A stretch of 64,000 nt of DNA, taken from the NCBI GenBank assembly GCA_021613535.1, contig CP075497.1, forward strand, positions 868,001 through 932,000, in the 5' to 3' direction. Position numbers and translations under genes: made by a program. Shown here piece after piece: positions 14,751-27,230 of the stretch. Every line of letters begins with the position of its first letter. Position 1 is the stretch's first letter. Under the pieces are notes generated by a model that searched no databases, was not told the origin of the DNA, and saw only the letters and a list, made by a program, of their open reading frames with translations. This DNA is from Adineta vaga. Its lineage: Eukaryota; Animalia; Rotifera.

Positions 14751-14810
14751 AGCATCTTGAGGGTGAGGGTGTGAGAATGAGTAAAAGCATACCATCATCG
14801 CATTTTAATC
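14751..14810. repeat. telomeric-repeat hairpin element (left arm intact)
   Basis: AGCATCTTGAGGGTGAGGGTGTGAG has the same AGCATCTTGAGG terminus as the 47760 copy. Confidence 0.7.
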
Positions 14811-16727
14811 CTGGCTAAAGGAAATATCAGAAGGCTTTAGAGTTTTGTAAATTATCCAAATGATCCGAAGACCATAGATGAATCTACGTAATCTACATAG
14901 TTCGACAGGCAGTGGTTTATACAGCGATGGGGACACGGAACTTTGTAGCCTCTCGGAGATTATCTCTGCCCCCACCTCGGAATTCAGAAAAATCATGCTT
15001 TTTGCGCCTAAAACTCTGCGTTTGCCCTCCCGGTCTATGGTCAGCCACTTATGATCATTCGTTTCCAGATTCCGCTCCAGATACTTCGATCACTTACACT
15101 TCAAATTCACGACAAACAACGCCATTTATTTTCTCATCTTTTATCATTTCCATTTCGAAAAAAAAGAAAGTGTGCAGTGCAAACGATTTCTTTGGTGTCT
15201 CCGATGACTTTCAAATGTAAATCTATTTCGCAAAAGTTGCAATAAAATTCGTAGAGAAAACTAAATCAGAACCAGGCTCGCCAAATGAAAATTTTAGAAA
15301 TCAGGAATTTTTGAAAAAAAATCAAGAGTTTATCAGGAGAAGTTTTCTTAGAAATCAGGAGAAAAACCAGAAGTTTTTCTTTAGAAGTTCAAGAACGTTT
15401 ACATGATTTTTACTGTGCAAGTTACACTCATCTAAAAACTTGCTTAAGTGTTTCTAGTAGAATCTATGTTCTTCACTGTTACTGAACTTTTTATTCACCC
15501 AGTTTGCAAAAACTTGAACTTATATTCGAGCTCCACGAATCCAACTATTCGTCAGTGAATCCTTACCAAAAATAATTAGTTTTTCGTAGAAGCAAAGATG
15601 TTTTTTCTATCCAAAACAATAGGACCTATTCTTTTCAAACTATTGTCAAATCCAGATTTCCTATCTTCTGTTACCTTTTAGTCAAGTATTAGATTAAATG
15701 GCCTCTCTTGTTTTTACTCATCTTCCGGTCAATCAGTGAAATGCGACCACTAAACAAGTAAATAATTTGTTCTTGCAGAAATCCTTTTCTATCAGAATCA
15801 GAATAATATTTAACTTTTGCCTTAGTGTATGCCTATACCTTTACAGACGTGTCAACTCCTTCATTACAAACTAACTATAAAAGAATTTCATATAACTAAA
15901 GGAAACTGAAAGAAATACTCATTTCACAAAATTTATTTCTATATTTATTCTATGAATAATTATTAGCAAATGAGTATTAACTTCTCGATTGATATAGAAC
16001 AAAAAATGAAGCAGAAAGTATGTAATTAAGTAATTACTATTAAATTGGTGACTTTTTTCAATGAGACTATATTTCTCTGAAGATCGAATTTCTCTGAGTA
16101 TATTCAATTTAGTGAACACATAAACATAAAACTGTAGATGTCAAATCGGTGTTCATATAGTTTGGAATTCTACTCCAGCTAAAATATGTGTCATCTTGTT
16201 TCTGATTGTTGTCAAAAAAAAGATCATGTATCTAAAAACTGATTTAGAAAAAGCATTCGACACAGAAATAGTTAATAAAAATCTATTGAATTCTGATTAT
16301 TTTCTCATTTTCTCCACCAAATTTGTATAAACGAGAAGGTGTCTGTCAATCTCGACAAAGGGAAAGCAAAAATCAGGAGAAATCAGGATAAAATGATGGA
16401 AATCAGCTCCTGATTTCAGGAGATTTTCAATCAGGAGGTTTGGCAGCCCAGATCAGAACTGAATCAGTCAATCTTTAAACAAATGTCTCACAGATCTCTC
16501 TAGTTAGATTAACAGATGTATCTTCTACATTATCGTGCATTTCGATTATAACGTGTACAAGGATCTAAGAGTACCCCCCGTATAGTAGGACTTCAAGATT
16601 CTGTGTATATTGAAAGCCGTGACCTTTGACCTGTGACAAACATACATACATACATACAAACGAGTTTCGATTTTTTCGTCACTCTTTTTTCAAAACAATA
16701 CCCCCCTTTCAGTCGAGAGTATAGATA
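14811..16727. mobile_element. putative non-autonomous Helitron/Helentron-like element, interrupted by a hAT insertion
   Basis: GACCTTTGACC motif followed by (ACAT)n microsatellite near 16620-16660; boundaries uncertain. Confidence 0.35.
15273..16451 (-). mobile_element. internally deleted hAT DNA transposon
   Basis: TIRs CAGGCTCGCCAAA / TTTGGCAGCCCAG; perfect 8-bp TSD ATCAGAAC (15265-15272, 16452-16459); subterminal AATCAGGA repeats at both ends; VSNAFSKSVF remnant on the minus strand resembles the hAT dimerisation motif. Confidence 0.85.
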
Positions 16728-17572
16728 ACGACTTCTTCAAATGATTTGATAAATAAATGCTGTAAAACATAAAACTGGTGTTTATAAGATTGTTGCAAGT
16801 GCGTAACAATCAGTCAATATACAGCGCATATTTTTCATTAAGATGTTAGAGTTTCCTTTCTCTCATCGTTGGTCATTCACTGTAGCAGTAATATATAATA
16901 TTCGATAGGAGCGAGAAATTTTTCTCGTACATACTTCGGTTTTTCATGTGTGTTTTCGAATATAAGGATTTATCAATATAGACAATGACCGTCTAGAGAA
17001 TGTAGAAAAATAGTACTCATCTTCGCTATTAACATTGTTGCAAAGAAGTTTATACAGCTACGAAATTTTGGCAAATGAAAGAAAATACTTTCACGTACAT
17101 TCAGAGCTAAGATGTTAGGGTGGGTGAGCATGAGATCTGCTCTTTGAAATCTTTTATCTGCTAGAAGCTATGGCTAAATGACTGTGGTAACGCACTCAGC
17201 ATACTTGGTAACACGCTCAGTATGGTTTTTAAAACCATCAGGTATTGCAAATTTACGCATCAATTCGTCTTTTAAATAACTTCTGAGCAATTCTGACGGC
17301 GGTTATAGGTATAGATAAGTATGTGGGAGCGAGTCTAGATAACGACCTGTGGATGGGTATGAGGATGTAGACGAGGGTGCTGGTGTAATGCTATGAATCT
17401 CGCATGATGTATCTTAACATCACCGATTAGGGTGCGACGGCACCGAGGCAGTCCTCGCGAACTATGAGACCGAATTATAATCAATTTAAGTCTACGGTAT
17501 TGGTTGATACGTATTGCCTTTTATACATAACTGTGCACCGAACGTGATACTTTACTTGACTTTTTTGTCTAG

Positions 17573-18031
17573 GACAATCACCGTCGAATAACGAGATCTG
17601 ATCTTCCCCTCAAAATATTGTTTCTCGGTGATAGTGGCGTAAACAAGGTATGATGAATTTTTTGAAGAGAAAATTCTTGTTCGAATCTTTTTCTATAGAC
17701 AGCCATTTTATTTCGCTTTGCCGATGACTCATTCAACTCCTCGTTTATTGCCACAATTGGTATTGACTTTAGAATAAAAACCATCCAAGTGGATGGACGT
17801 GATATTAAGCTACAAATATGGTAAGTAGACGTCTGTCTATATCTGTTTGATGGGTGTGGAGATGTGTGGAGATGTAAATATTTTCCTTCATTATCCGCAC
17901 GCACATCCACCCACCCACTCCTATATGATCATACTATCCGCCATGGACGAGTATATCATTAGAATCATTCTATTCTTTCTTCCTCGTTCAGGGATACTGC
18001 CGTCCAAGAACGTTTCCACACCATCACTAGT
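17573..18031 (+). pseudogene. Rab8/Rab10-like small GTPase, degenerate and 3'-truncated; exons 17573-17647, 17699-17820, 17992-18031
   Basis: Spliced translation LKILFLGDSGVNK|[41 protein letters not shown]|DTAVQERFHTITS. P-loop G>N and DTAG>DTAV changes. Ends at a hairpin. Confidence 0.88.
17847..17921. repeat. telomeric-repeat hairpin element inside the Rab intron
   Basis: TTGATGGGTGTGGAGATGTGTGG...CGCACGCACATCCACCCACCCACTC. Confidence 0.75.
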
Positions 18032-18109
18032 AAGGGTGTGGGTGTGGGTGTGGGTGGGTGACGTTGTCTATTCATTATATGCCAACAATCTCACCCACAC
18101 CCTCAAGAT
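18032..18109. repeat. telomeric-repeat hairpin element
   Basis: AAGGGTGTGGGTGTGGGTGTGGGTGGGTG-spacer-CACCCACACCCTCAAGAT. Confidence 0.9.
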
Positions 18110-18715
18110 CCAAAATCGCTTCTTTTTTTAGATCTTCTTGTTGTATTCGAGCAAACTATACATTGTCCCTTAGTATTTTGCATTGACACTATTGGCGGTA
18201 TCAATAATCGAAAATGATGACCGTATAGGAAGAAAAAGTATTTATGAAGAGAATACAGTTAAGTATACAAAAGAATGAGAATGAGCATAAAACATTACTG
18301 ACACATAACCATAGTTCTCTCATAAACCAGAAGATACCACAAAAGACACTCACAAAATGAACTACAAGTTGATACAGTATCATCACGTATACATACGTGA
18401 CCTGTCCCGAAGCGGTTAACTTTCATGATAGAATTATGTGACCTCCATACATAAAAGACAAAGAATATCTATTACTAACATTTCTTTCTTGTTGTCTCCA
18501 GGTAGGCGGCCGGAAAGTGTTAATTCCCCACCATGGACTTCGTCCTGACAAACGCGCATGATGGAAATTGTATATAAATGCAGATTTCATCAAATAGAAA
18601 GATTTTATTAATGCATGTTAATTAAGATTATCAAAGCGTATGACAACATGAAATAAAAATATAAAGATGTTTAATTATTTTAACGTCAGTTGATATACAT
18701 GAGAAAGAAATGTGA

Positions 18716-19517
18716 TTATTCGTAATCAACTTCTTTGATTAGTATTCCATAAATTCGAATATCTTCAGGTTCTGGAACAACCCAGATGTTCTCTGCAGGA
18801 GTAATGACTACACGAGCTGGATTAACAGCTACTTGAAGCATGCATTTAAACTTCTTTTGTCCTTTTTTGGTCGCCAAAGAAACCGCACCAACATAATTCT
18901 GTTCTGAAAAAGTAGGATCAGGGTTACAATAAACACCTTCTCCGTACACATGAACTCTTGCTTTACGAAATCCATTTTCATAAATACTCGCTATAGCATC
19001 AACAGGAGCGTACTCTGCAACAATATCATCGTGGGATTTAGAAAAATCTGCAGCTGAAGCTCGTCCGGTTCCATGATAAGCTTTAAACCAATTTCCTGGA
19101 TGTCTCGATGGATGCAACCATTGATCATTTTGATATTTACCCAATACTTTCAGTCCATATCTTGTCCATCCACACGATTGAATGTATTCTCTTTCTCGTT
19201 GAGGTGGTCCAACTAAATATGTTACTTGCTTCAAAAATATTTTATTTCCACGTTCATCAAATTGTGATATATCAAAGGATGGTCGAAATAACACGGGATG
19301 GATTTTGGCACTTTGAAATTGTTTGAATTGATCTCTTAACTTTGCTGAGGCATTCGTCACGTAATTGACTACGTCATTTGGTAAATCGTTCACAGTATAA
19401 ACAGCGCCAAACGATCCTATGGAAAATAGTTGACATTAATTTCGTTTTTATCATTATTATGTATTTTAGATAATTGTTCGATTATATACTCAGTGTCGGT
19501 AGTTGGACATTATCCAT
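18716..19517 (-). CDS. stand-alone NEURL4-like (PARP/H-Y clade) ADP-ribosyltransferase domain protein; exons 19517-19490, 19416-18716
   Basis: GWTRYGLKV, AYHGT, YGEGVYC and DIRIYGILIK motifs. ATG at 19517 and a phase-1 intron 19417-19489 give MDNVQLPTLRSFGAV. Confidence 0.75.
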
Positions 19518-20189
19518 TTTTCTCAAATACTCGATCCGTAGACACAGTGGGATAAAAGTGTTCTGAGTTAGACTCCAAGTCGCCAACGGATCTGTCTAGA
19601 ATGGGCTAACTTCTGCAAAAAAAACTATTGTGTATACCAAATTAAATATGAACTTTTAAATCATTTATCATGTAGCTTTTCTTGCTGATTTTAGATACTA
19701 TCGAAATTTCGTAAGTAACGCAGCCCATTGCTGCTGATCCCCAATTGAAAGGATGTGACCATAACGTTCCACCACCTTAAGATAAGATAAAGATTCTCTT
19801 ACTTCATGAATCGAATCAATTTTCTATCTCTTCAAAGGCGTTTTCTTCTTAATCAACTTCATCATCATAGGCTTCTAAAGTTAACGCCTAGTCATTCGTC
19901 GGTCTCCCTATTGTCGGTCACTCATGACTAGCCGCTTCAATCGACACCGCCACTATATACTGATTACCTTCTATTCACTCTCAAAGTAAATAAATAATTT
20001 CCTTGCATTCTATTTTCATCAGCTGATCAGTTTGTGTTATTAAGATTCTAGGAAACAAAGTATAAAGAGAAATTACTATTCAAAGACTCGCTACAGATAC
20101 AACAATTCGAGTAACCTTCGATCAACCTCTATAAAAAATATTGTTGTCAAAAAATGATCGTTTGTCTAAAAAAACAGAACATAAATTAA

Positions 20190-20340
20190 AAAATGCGGAA
20201 ACTTCGGATTTTATCCGAAATTTATGTGTACTGCAAAAAGTGTATGTGATAAAAGACATAAGGAAGTCACAGAAGATTATCAGTATTTCTGTGATAACTC
20301 AGGAATGGCTCGCCCAATTAGACTCATCTTCGGATTCGAG
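20190..20340. repeat. dispersed repeat, inverted copy at ~37420-37553
   Basis: AAAAATGCGGAAACTTCGGATTTTATCCGAAA...GTGTACT is reverse-complemented at 37510-37553. Confidence 0.7.
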
Positions 20341-21302
20341 CGAGATATCGATGCGACAATGCTCTCCAGAAAACATTATCACATTTAGATGAGCCTTTCG
20401 GGAATTATCATGTAAATGAACGGATGGATGAATACACTGATCGATTCCACTAGAGCGCTTAATTTTCCTGATTATTAGAAGAAGTCAGACGTTTCATATC
20501 GCTTGTAAATAACATATTGTTAATACTTTGATAATGACCAATTGAAGCCTACCATATAAAAAACTGAATGATATATAAGTTGCATAAAAAGTACTCAAAA
20601 AATTGCTAAATCAATTTTTTCATATATTGAATTTTGAGACCATTGATAACGACTAAAGGGCGAATTATCAAATAGGCTGAAAATTGTGGAACTTATTACT
20701 ACAGTTGACCCCTATAATAGCTGAAAGTTTCAGACTAAACAGTCTCTGCTTTCTGAGTTTCCTCGAAACCAAACGGGTCTCAATTGTCCTATAATATCAA
20801 ACAAATATTAGTATTTGAGGTTCACCATTTTTCGGACAAATTTCAAGATCCTTAATTTTTTATTGCATTGGCGTGTAGTACTAGGATAGTAGTCTTTCCA
20901 AAAAAAGTTTGAACAAAATCGCTCGAGCTGATCGGGAGAAATCATATTCACAAGATGGATCCCTTTGCGCCTATATTGAGACTAGAGTTAGAAATGGAGA
21001 TAATACTTTTTCACAACGTATCTTTTATTAAGTAGCATGGTTGTGTTCTCCATGTTCAGATCTATCACTGGTAAAAATTTCAGATCTCTATCACGTTGTC
21101 GTAAAAAGATATTGTAAAAATAGTGCCACCCAAAAAATATCAAAAGTTGATAAAAAGGCATTTTGGGACTTTTCAGACAAAGTATCATATCTCAGCCAAA
21201 ATTGAAGGTTTAGGGCTAAAAATTTGGATTTATGCCTAAAACAATGTCCGGTACTGTTAGCGTCTGTGATGAATCACTCGACGCTAAACTCGAGATTAAG
21301 TT

Positions 21303-21376
21303 GGTCCTTCTAGTCTAACTGGCTAGGACATCTGCCCGGATAGCAGAAGGTGTGGGTTCGAGTCCCATGAAGGTCA
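21303..21376 (+). ncRNA. tRNA-like sequence (pseudo-tRNA or SINE head)
   Basis: A-box TAGTCTAACTGG, stem TCTGC/GCAGA around CCGGATA, B-box GGTTCGAGTCCC, CCTTC/GAAGG acceptor pairing. GGA anticodon without U33 or a long variable arm. Confidence 0.6.
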
Positions 21377-21712
21377 CCTTTTCTCCATTTTCTTTCTTTC
21401 GTTCTCTTTCGCTGATGACCCTTGCATGGCTCATATATGAAGCTAACATGTACAAGATGAGCTAACTCCCATCTTGAGCTGAGAATATCGATTGAGTAGC
21501 TCTGGCTGTGGTTCTCGTGCAGTAACTCCTAGGGGTAAGTGAATCGAGTTTCGACAAAGGTTACTTGTATATTAATTGTTGAAAAACTAATAATACAATA
21601 CATGTCAATTCATACGTAAGTTACCCTAGTTGAACTAGGAAATGTAAGTTTAAGACTTAACTTATCCTTGAGATTAGAAAAAGAAAGTAAAATTTCTATT
21701 TGAATCAAAATA

Positions 21713-22127
21713 CAGTAGAACCTCTCACAGTGGACACCTCCCTACAGTGGACACTTTGAAGTCCAACAGAGCACTTTTTGTTGGAATTGAACCTCTACAT
21801 AGTGGACACTCCCGTATAGTGGACATTTGAATATAATCGTCTACGATAGAGATTTTTTGAAGAGTCTGTTAGTGCTCATAGGAAAAATTCGGCTATATTT
21901 TGACAACTATTCAGTTATCGAGAGAAATATGAATGCAAGAAGGAGTAACGATACACAGTAGCATCTTATATTGTTCACTAGGAACCCTTAGTTATCTACA
22001 AAACATATTTACTCTGTGTTTGAAAGAACTGTCCTGCAAAATACCTCACCTCTATATAGTGGACACCTCTCTACAGTGGACACTTTTGAATGGTCCCGAG
22101 AGTATCCACTATAGAGAGGTTTTACTG
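21713..22127. mobile_element. pogo/Tigger-like (Tc1/mariner) MITE
   Basis: TIRs CAGTAGAACCTCTC / GAGAGGTTTTACTG, flanking TA duplication, internal AGTGGACAC repeats. Confidence 0.9.
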
Positions 22128-22152
22128 TAGTCATTTATTTCAATAAGCATAC

Positions 22153-23678
22153 CTATGAATTTATTTGATTTATCTATATTGGATTGAGAACTCGGTCCAA
22201 GTTGTTTCTTTAACTCGGCTGCTTTTCGGCGCCATTCTAAACTTTTGTCTTGGTTGCCTAAATGTGATTCGACTTTGGCAAGATCCAAATATATATCAAT
22301 TCTTGATGAATTATCGGGTGGAAGTTGTTCTAACATACGCATTAGATATTTTAGAGCCAGTTCAAATTTCGACATATCCAATAATAGTTTTCCTAATATG
22401 TGAAAATTTGTTTCTTTACTCACATATTGTTCTTTCATATCCGTGAGAACATCTCGTAAATCATGTTCTTCATCGTTACATAATGTCATTTGTATAATCC
22501 AAACTCGGTCATTTTTGTTAATCGTGATGTTGTCCAATCGAAAAATCGATCCAATCATAAATAAAATTTCATCTTCATCTTGAAATTCACTAAATTTTTT
22601 AAGATTAGCAAAAGGTTTTGTTATAGCCATTTTAGGATCAGCATTAATTTGAAATAAAACACCAACTAACTTTTCTGTATCATCAGGAACTTGAAGAAAT
22701 TCAAGAGCTTGTTCTTTATTTAAACTGGTTGAAAAAAACGAATTAATTGAAATAAATTGATGAGAATAGTTTTTTAAAGTATCTAATTCTTCATTTGACA
22801 TCATCTGACAACGATAAACTTGAATTGAATTTTTAACTTGATTTTGTTTTAATTGATATTGAATATCATTTATATATTTACGATAAAGAAATATTATATG
22901 AATAGATGATCCACGAAGTGCAGCATTAAGTGTTTTATAAAAAAATGATTCTCTTGTATACCACCATAAAGCATTTTTAGATAAATATTTTTCTTCAAAT
23001 TCATGAATATTACTTAATTCAACACGATTATCTTTATATTGTTGTTTGCAAAGTTCAATTAATTCTCTTTGATCAGTTTCAGTAAATTTTAATCGAATAA
23101 GACAATCAAGAAGAACTTGTGAAAAAAGAAATTCACTATTTAAACCAGTTGTTGATGTACCTGTAGTAAATATATTAATTGATAAAGGTTCTTCAATTTT
23201 CTTTTGAATTTTATGATCAGATTGAATTCGGGAAACAAGTTCATCCAGTTGAACAACAACTGCTTTTGTCTATCGATAGAAAAATTCTATTTTAATTTAG
23301 ATTCGTTTTCTAATTAGTATTTACTTTTCGATAATCTCGAGACCATTTTTTATTGCTTTCTTTATCCATACAATAAACATAAATAGATATAACTTGGCGA
23401 AGATGATGAATATGTGGAACAATTTCACGTCCTAATCGACCACTAACAATCATAACAACTCGTTCATTTGATGTTCGTGTACGAATGAAACTTTCACAGG
23501 ACGGAATATCTTGAAATTTTTTGAAGTAATTAATAATTGAACGCAGTTGTTGTTCAGTATTACGCGCATCTTTACCAACTGAGTTAGCATCAAGCCAAAC
23601 AAGACAAAAGATTTCTAGTTCCATATTTTCTGATGTTGTAAGAGATTGAATATCCAATGGTATTGTAACAGAAGCCAT
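22153..23678 (-). CDS. R-S-E clade (NAD-arginine) ADP-ribosyltransferase-TPR protein; exons 23678-23325, 23269-22153, last exon unresolved
   Basis: LVWLD N-terminal domain; 55-bp intron 23270-23324; ALWWYTRESFFY, VYR, FFSTS, EDEILF; C-terminal TPR-like helices. Confidence 0.85.
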
Positions 23679-23757
23679 ATTTTCTTAAGAAATAGTCTAA
23701 AAATACGATTTTCTTCATTTTAGCATGTTACTTGTCACTAGGATCTAGCGGTGTTGC

Positions 23758-23905
23758 TAGAGGCGGTGCCAGGATTTTTGTTTAAGAGGGCTTAGCCCCC
23801 AAAATGTTATATTTTTGTAAGAAAATCATGAGTTTTCTACAAGAACTTTAAAAAAAATTCTGGGGGGCTCAGTCCCCTCCAGCTCCCCCCTTGGCGCCGC
23901 CACTA
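23758..23905. mobile_element. 148-bp hAT MITE nested in the previous element
   Basis: TIRs TAGAGGCGGTGCCA / TGGCGCCGCCACTA; perfect 8-bp TSD GGTGTTGC. Confidence 0.9.
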
Positions 23906-24492
23906 GGTGTTGCGCCAACCCCGTTGTTGTCGAGACCAGGATTGGCACTTGATGAAAATTTTTGAGACGCAACAACTATCTCACCGAAAAATACGGCTTA
24001 ATCTATTTGTTCAGAATTCGGCATAATCTTTCGTAAAATTAAAACTAGAAAAAGAAATATAATGCTGAAGAAGAAAATGATTTTTTATATAAACTATACG
24101 GATAGATATCGAGGCGATATAATTGCACAATATCAGATATATTGCCGTCGATATTATAATCTCTATTGATTTGCCATTATTAACTTTACTGTCTTCGATC
24201 TTTTCTCGCGTTTTAATTTTGAAATATTGAAATATTTAGTCTGCCTCAAATGACATGCTGTGTCACATAAGCGAATAAAGAGTATTTAATCAGTTTCGAC
24301 CCTGTTTTAATTTTTTTCTGTCGTTACGATTTTCAACTGAGGAAAAATATTGAATATATATCTTTTTAAAGAGTAAGACCTGAACTATTAACGAAAAAAA
24401 TTTATTACATTTGCATAAACTATAGAAGAGGACTGCATGAAAGAAAATTTTGAAAAAAATTTATCAGTGATATTTTTTAATTTTTCACTAAA

Positions 24493-24563
24493 GGAGGGTG
24501 TAGGTATGAGTAAGGGTGTATCGCTGTTTGGGTAAAATTTGAGCACTGCACCCTCAGCCTCAA
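24493..24563. repeat. telomeric-repeat hairpin element (degenerate), inside the hAT element
   Basis: GAGGGTGTAGGTATGAGTAAGGGTG...CACCCTCAGCCTCAA. Confidence 0.7.
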
Positions 24564-25586
24564 TTATTTTCAACTGATTCAAAAAATCGGAAACAAACAG
24601 GGCCGTGACAATTTTTTCTGATCGAAATCAGGACTGGGAGTGGAATACTGAAAGAGTATTTTACAGGGATGGAAATACGTTTTATTCAAGGTGTATATGA
24701 TCGGAATTCGGACGAAAATATCCGATCCCGTTAGACTCTACTTGTAACTGTATACAATGAGTTTTCATTGAAAGAATTCTAAAAATATTTTCAATCAAAC
24801 ATAAGTAAAAAGAAGTGAAAAAATCTAAAAATTTTCAATCATAAAGATGAAAAGTTTGTTACGAATCTTTGTGTCTTTGTATGTGAGACGGAATGGGTAT
24901 TTTTTTCGATTGTGCCATTTTATTTTGTTTTACGTTTACAATTCATTTTTTTCTTTTTCGTTTGTTCTTCTGTTTCAACCACATGAACATGTAAGCAACA
25001 CTAAAACATCGAAAGTAATCGGCAACTCAACTATGGCATATAGGAATATATGTATAACGAATGTTTATTTTTAAAAAAAGTATGAAGAATTCAGAGAATT
25101 TCTTTCTTAAAAAATAGTAAAGAATAAATGAAGGAAAAAGAGCAGTAGAAAAGAAATTAGAAAAGAAAGAGAGGACTGCTGCAAAAATCATATTGAAAGA
25201 AAGATTTATTTCATTCAGAAATAAAAGACGATAGATTCGAGCTTTCGTGTTCGAACTGAACACATCATCATCAGGAATGACCTGTGAAATATTTATTAGG
25301 TTAAATGAAACATTTTTTACAAAAACTAAGTAAATGTAAGGAAAAGGTTTGAAGATGGTTGCTGCTGATGTTTGATGTTGTTGATGTTAATTTTGTGGAT
25401 GTTGACTTTTTTAATGTTGTGGAGGTTTTCTTATTATTGGTGTAATTATTATCGATATTATTTTTTATTATTATTATTATTATTTCTATTTTATGACTAT
25501 TTACAACTTTTATTGTTTTATTATGTCAGACTCAATTATTCTTGAATGATGTATAATCAAGAAAAGCAATATTCATAAGAATGTTA

Positions 25587-25673
25587 TGAAGTGTGTGTGT
25601 AACTTTCTCTTCCATACACCCAGATCCGCCCACCCACACCCACACCCACACCCACACCCACACACACCCCTAG
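25587..25673. repeat. telomeric-repeat hairpin element with long (CCCACA)n arm
   Basis: GTGTGTGTGT-AACTTTCTCTTCCATA-CACCC...(CCCACA)5...CCCCTAG. Confidence 0.8.
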
Positions 25674-26104
25674 AAGGTACAAGAGAGAGCATATGTCATC
25701 TATATAGAAAGAACGAGAACAAAAACATGGGTACTTGAACATACCAGAAAAATGATGTACGTATGCACGTATGATAGTAGAACGAAATAAGATATACATA
25801 TAATATGTATATATAGTGACGTCATATCAATAGCAGAAAGAAAAACCTATGCATGTAGAGTGGTACTGCACAAAAGTATTATTCATGAAAATATTCAACT
25901 TTTACATTGGAGACATAATTATTTAAAAAATAACAGAAGAGTTGTAAGAATAGTCAGATATGCAGAATATACCGTTGTAATGCGATTGATATGCTTCACA
26001 GTTTATTAGATAGCTATAGAATACTCCCATATGAGTGGACAGATGTATAAAATATGAGAATGAAAAATTTATAATCAAATATTAGGAGAAAACTAATGTT
26101 ATAA

Positions 26105-26338
26105 TATGGGGTCCAGTTGGACTCCAGGTGCGCAATATACGAATATATATGCACTTTGAGGTAATTTATCTCATAGATGACTTAAAGAGATAAGCGAATG
26201 CTTTCTATAGTATACTCTACTACTCTTCACTAGAGCATATCTGGAGTGGCTTGATATGATGTGTCATCGTATATATAAAACATTAGAATGAAACTAGCTG
26301 GGGTCCGCGTGGACCCCAGGTGGGCGTTTCAGGGTTAA
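26105..26338 (+). mobile_element. piggyBac-like right end (fragment)
   Basis: Two GGGGTCC...GGAC(T/C)CC subterminal palindromes; terminus CAGGG|TTAA. Confidence 0.55.
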
Positions 26339-26397
26339 AATCTTTTAGTATATCTATGCAATGATGTTATTCTTTTTTTAATTAAAATTATTTTACA

Positions 26398-27230
26398 CTA
26401 GCAGAGGTACCCAGTGGTGATTAAGATAATGGGACTTGATATGATTTGCGTGTTAGAAAACGGCACCTTCTCGGTCTTTGAACGTTATTAATCTACAATA
26501 CTGTAACATACCCTTAGATTTTACCGTTTCCAGATATCAGTAATTAATATTTTAAACATATTTCAAAAATATTTTCTATGTGACTTTTATTTATGAACTT
26601 TTGTAGTAAAACAATACTAAAATAGAGTTTTTATTGTAAAGCTGTTGGATGCACAATATTTTTAGTTTTCCTATCTATTGCAAAAACATACAAATTCCTT
26701 CCAGTCCCCATTCTTGAGCAAGCAACGTAAAGTTGGCCATGAGAAAAGCAAAGACTTTCTAGATTAATACCAGCGACTTTAAGTGTTTGTCCTTGTGCTT
26801 TGTTAATAGACATCGCGAAAGCAAGACGAATAGGAAATTGAAGTCGCTTAAACGGAATCGTCGTATCCGTAGGAGCTGAGGGTATTCGTGGTATGAATAC
26901 ATCCTCACCCCTTGCACATCCACTCAAGATAGTTGCTTCGATAACGTGGGGCATTAGACTTTTTATGGCCAGTCTTGTGCCATTGCACAACTTTGGCGCA
27001 TCCAGATTTCTCAGAACTATAATTGGAGAACCGACTTTTAGCACCAAATTATGTAGCGGCATTCCAGAAGGTTCAAGGGAATTGAGAAATTCTATTGGAT
27101 ACTGAACTGCGTCATCGACATCGGTTACAGTATCAATTGATTTGTACGATGTTATTTCTCCAGGAAGTTCTTGTTGAATCTGTAAATTAGTGGCATTTAC
27201 ACTAATATTTTTTGGTGCTAGAATAGGGGT
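26398..27230 (-). mobile_element. Helitron 3' fragment with PIF1 helicase C-terminus (26631-~27200)
   Basis: LRNLDAPKLCNGTRL, RLQFPIRLAFAMSINKAQGQTL and FSHGQLYVACSR motifs; 3' terminus CTAG|T at 26398 on the minus strand. Confidence 0.85.

Larger units (their letters stand above)
23739..24740. mobile_element. non-autonomous hAT-like element
   Basis: Imperfect TIRs TAGGATCTAGCGG / CCGTTAGACTCTA; 8-bp TSD CTTGTCAC / CTTGTAAC. Confidence 0.7.

Noticed and set aside
11508-17390. Extra very degenerate hairpins (11508, 17116, 17348; also 36921, 53701, 57411)
   Set aside because: Only G-rich half-matches; too decayed to count.
17578-17910. 110-aa minus-strand ORF
   Set aside because: Antisense shadow of the plus-strand Rab exons plus hairpin sequence.
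21303-21376. Functional tRNA-Ser(GGA)
   Set aside because: No U33, no long variable arm, imperfect acceptor stem.
18716-23678. Single gene fusing the R-S-E ART-TPR with the NEURL4-like ART
   Set aside because: The splice phases (22153 to 19416) are compatible, but the downstream gene has its own ATG exon with a typical 73-bp intron. Treated as two genes pending RNA-seq.
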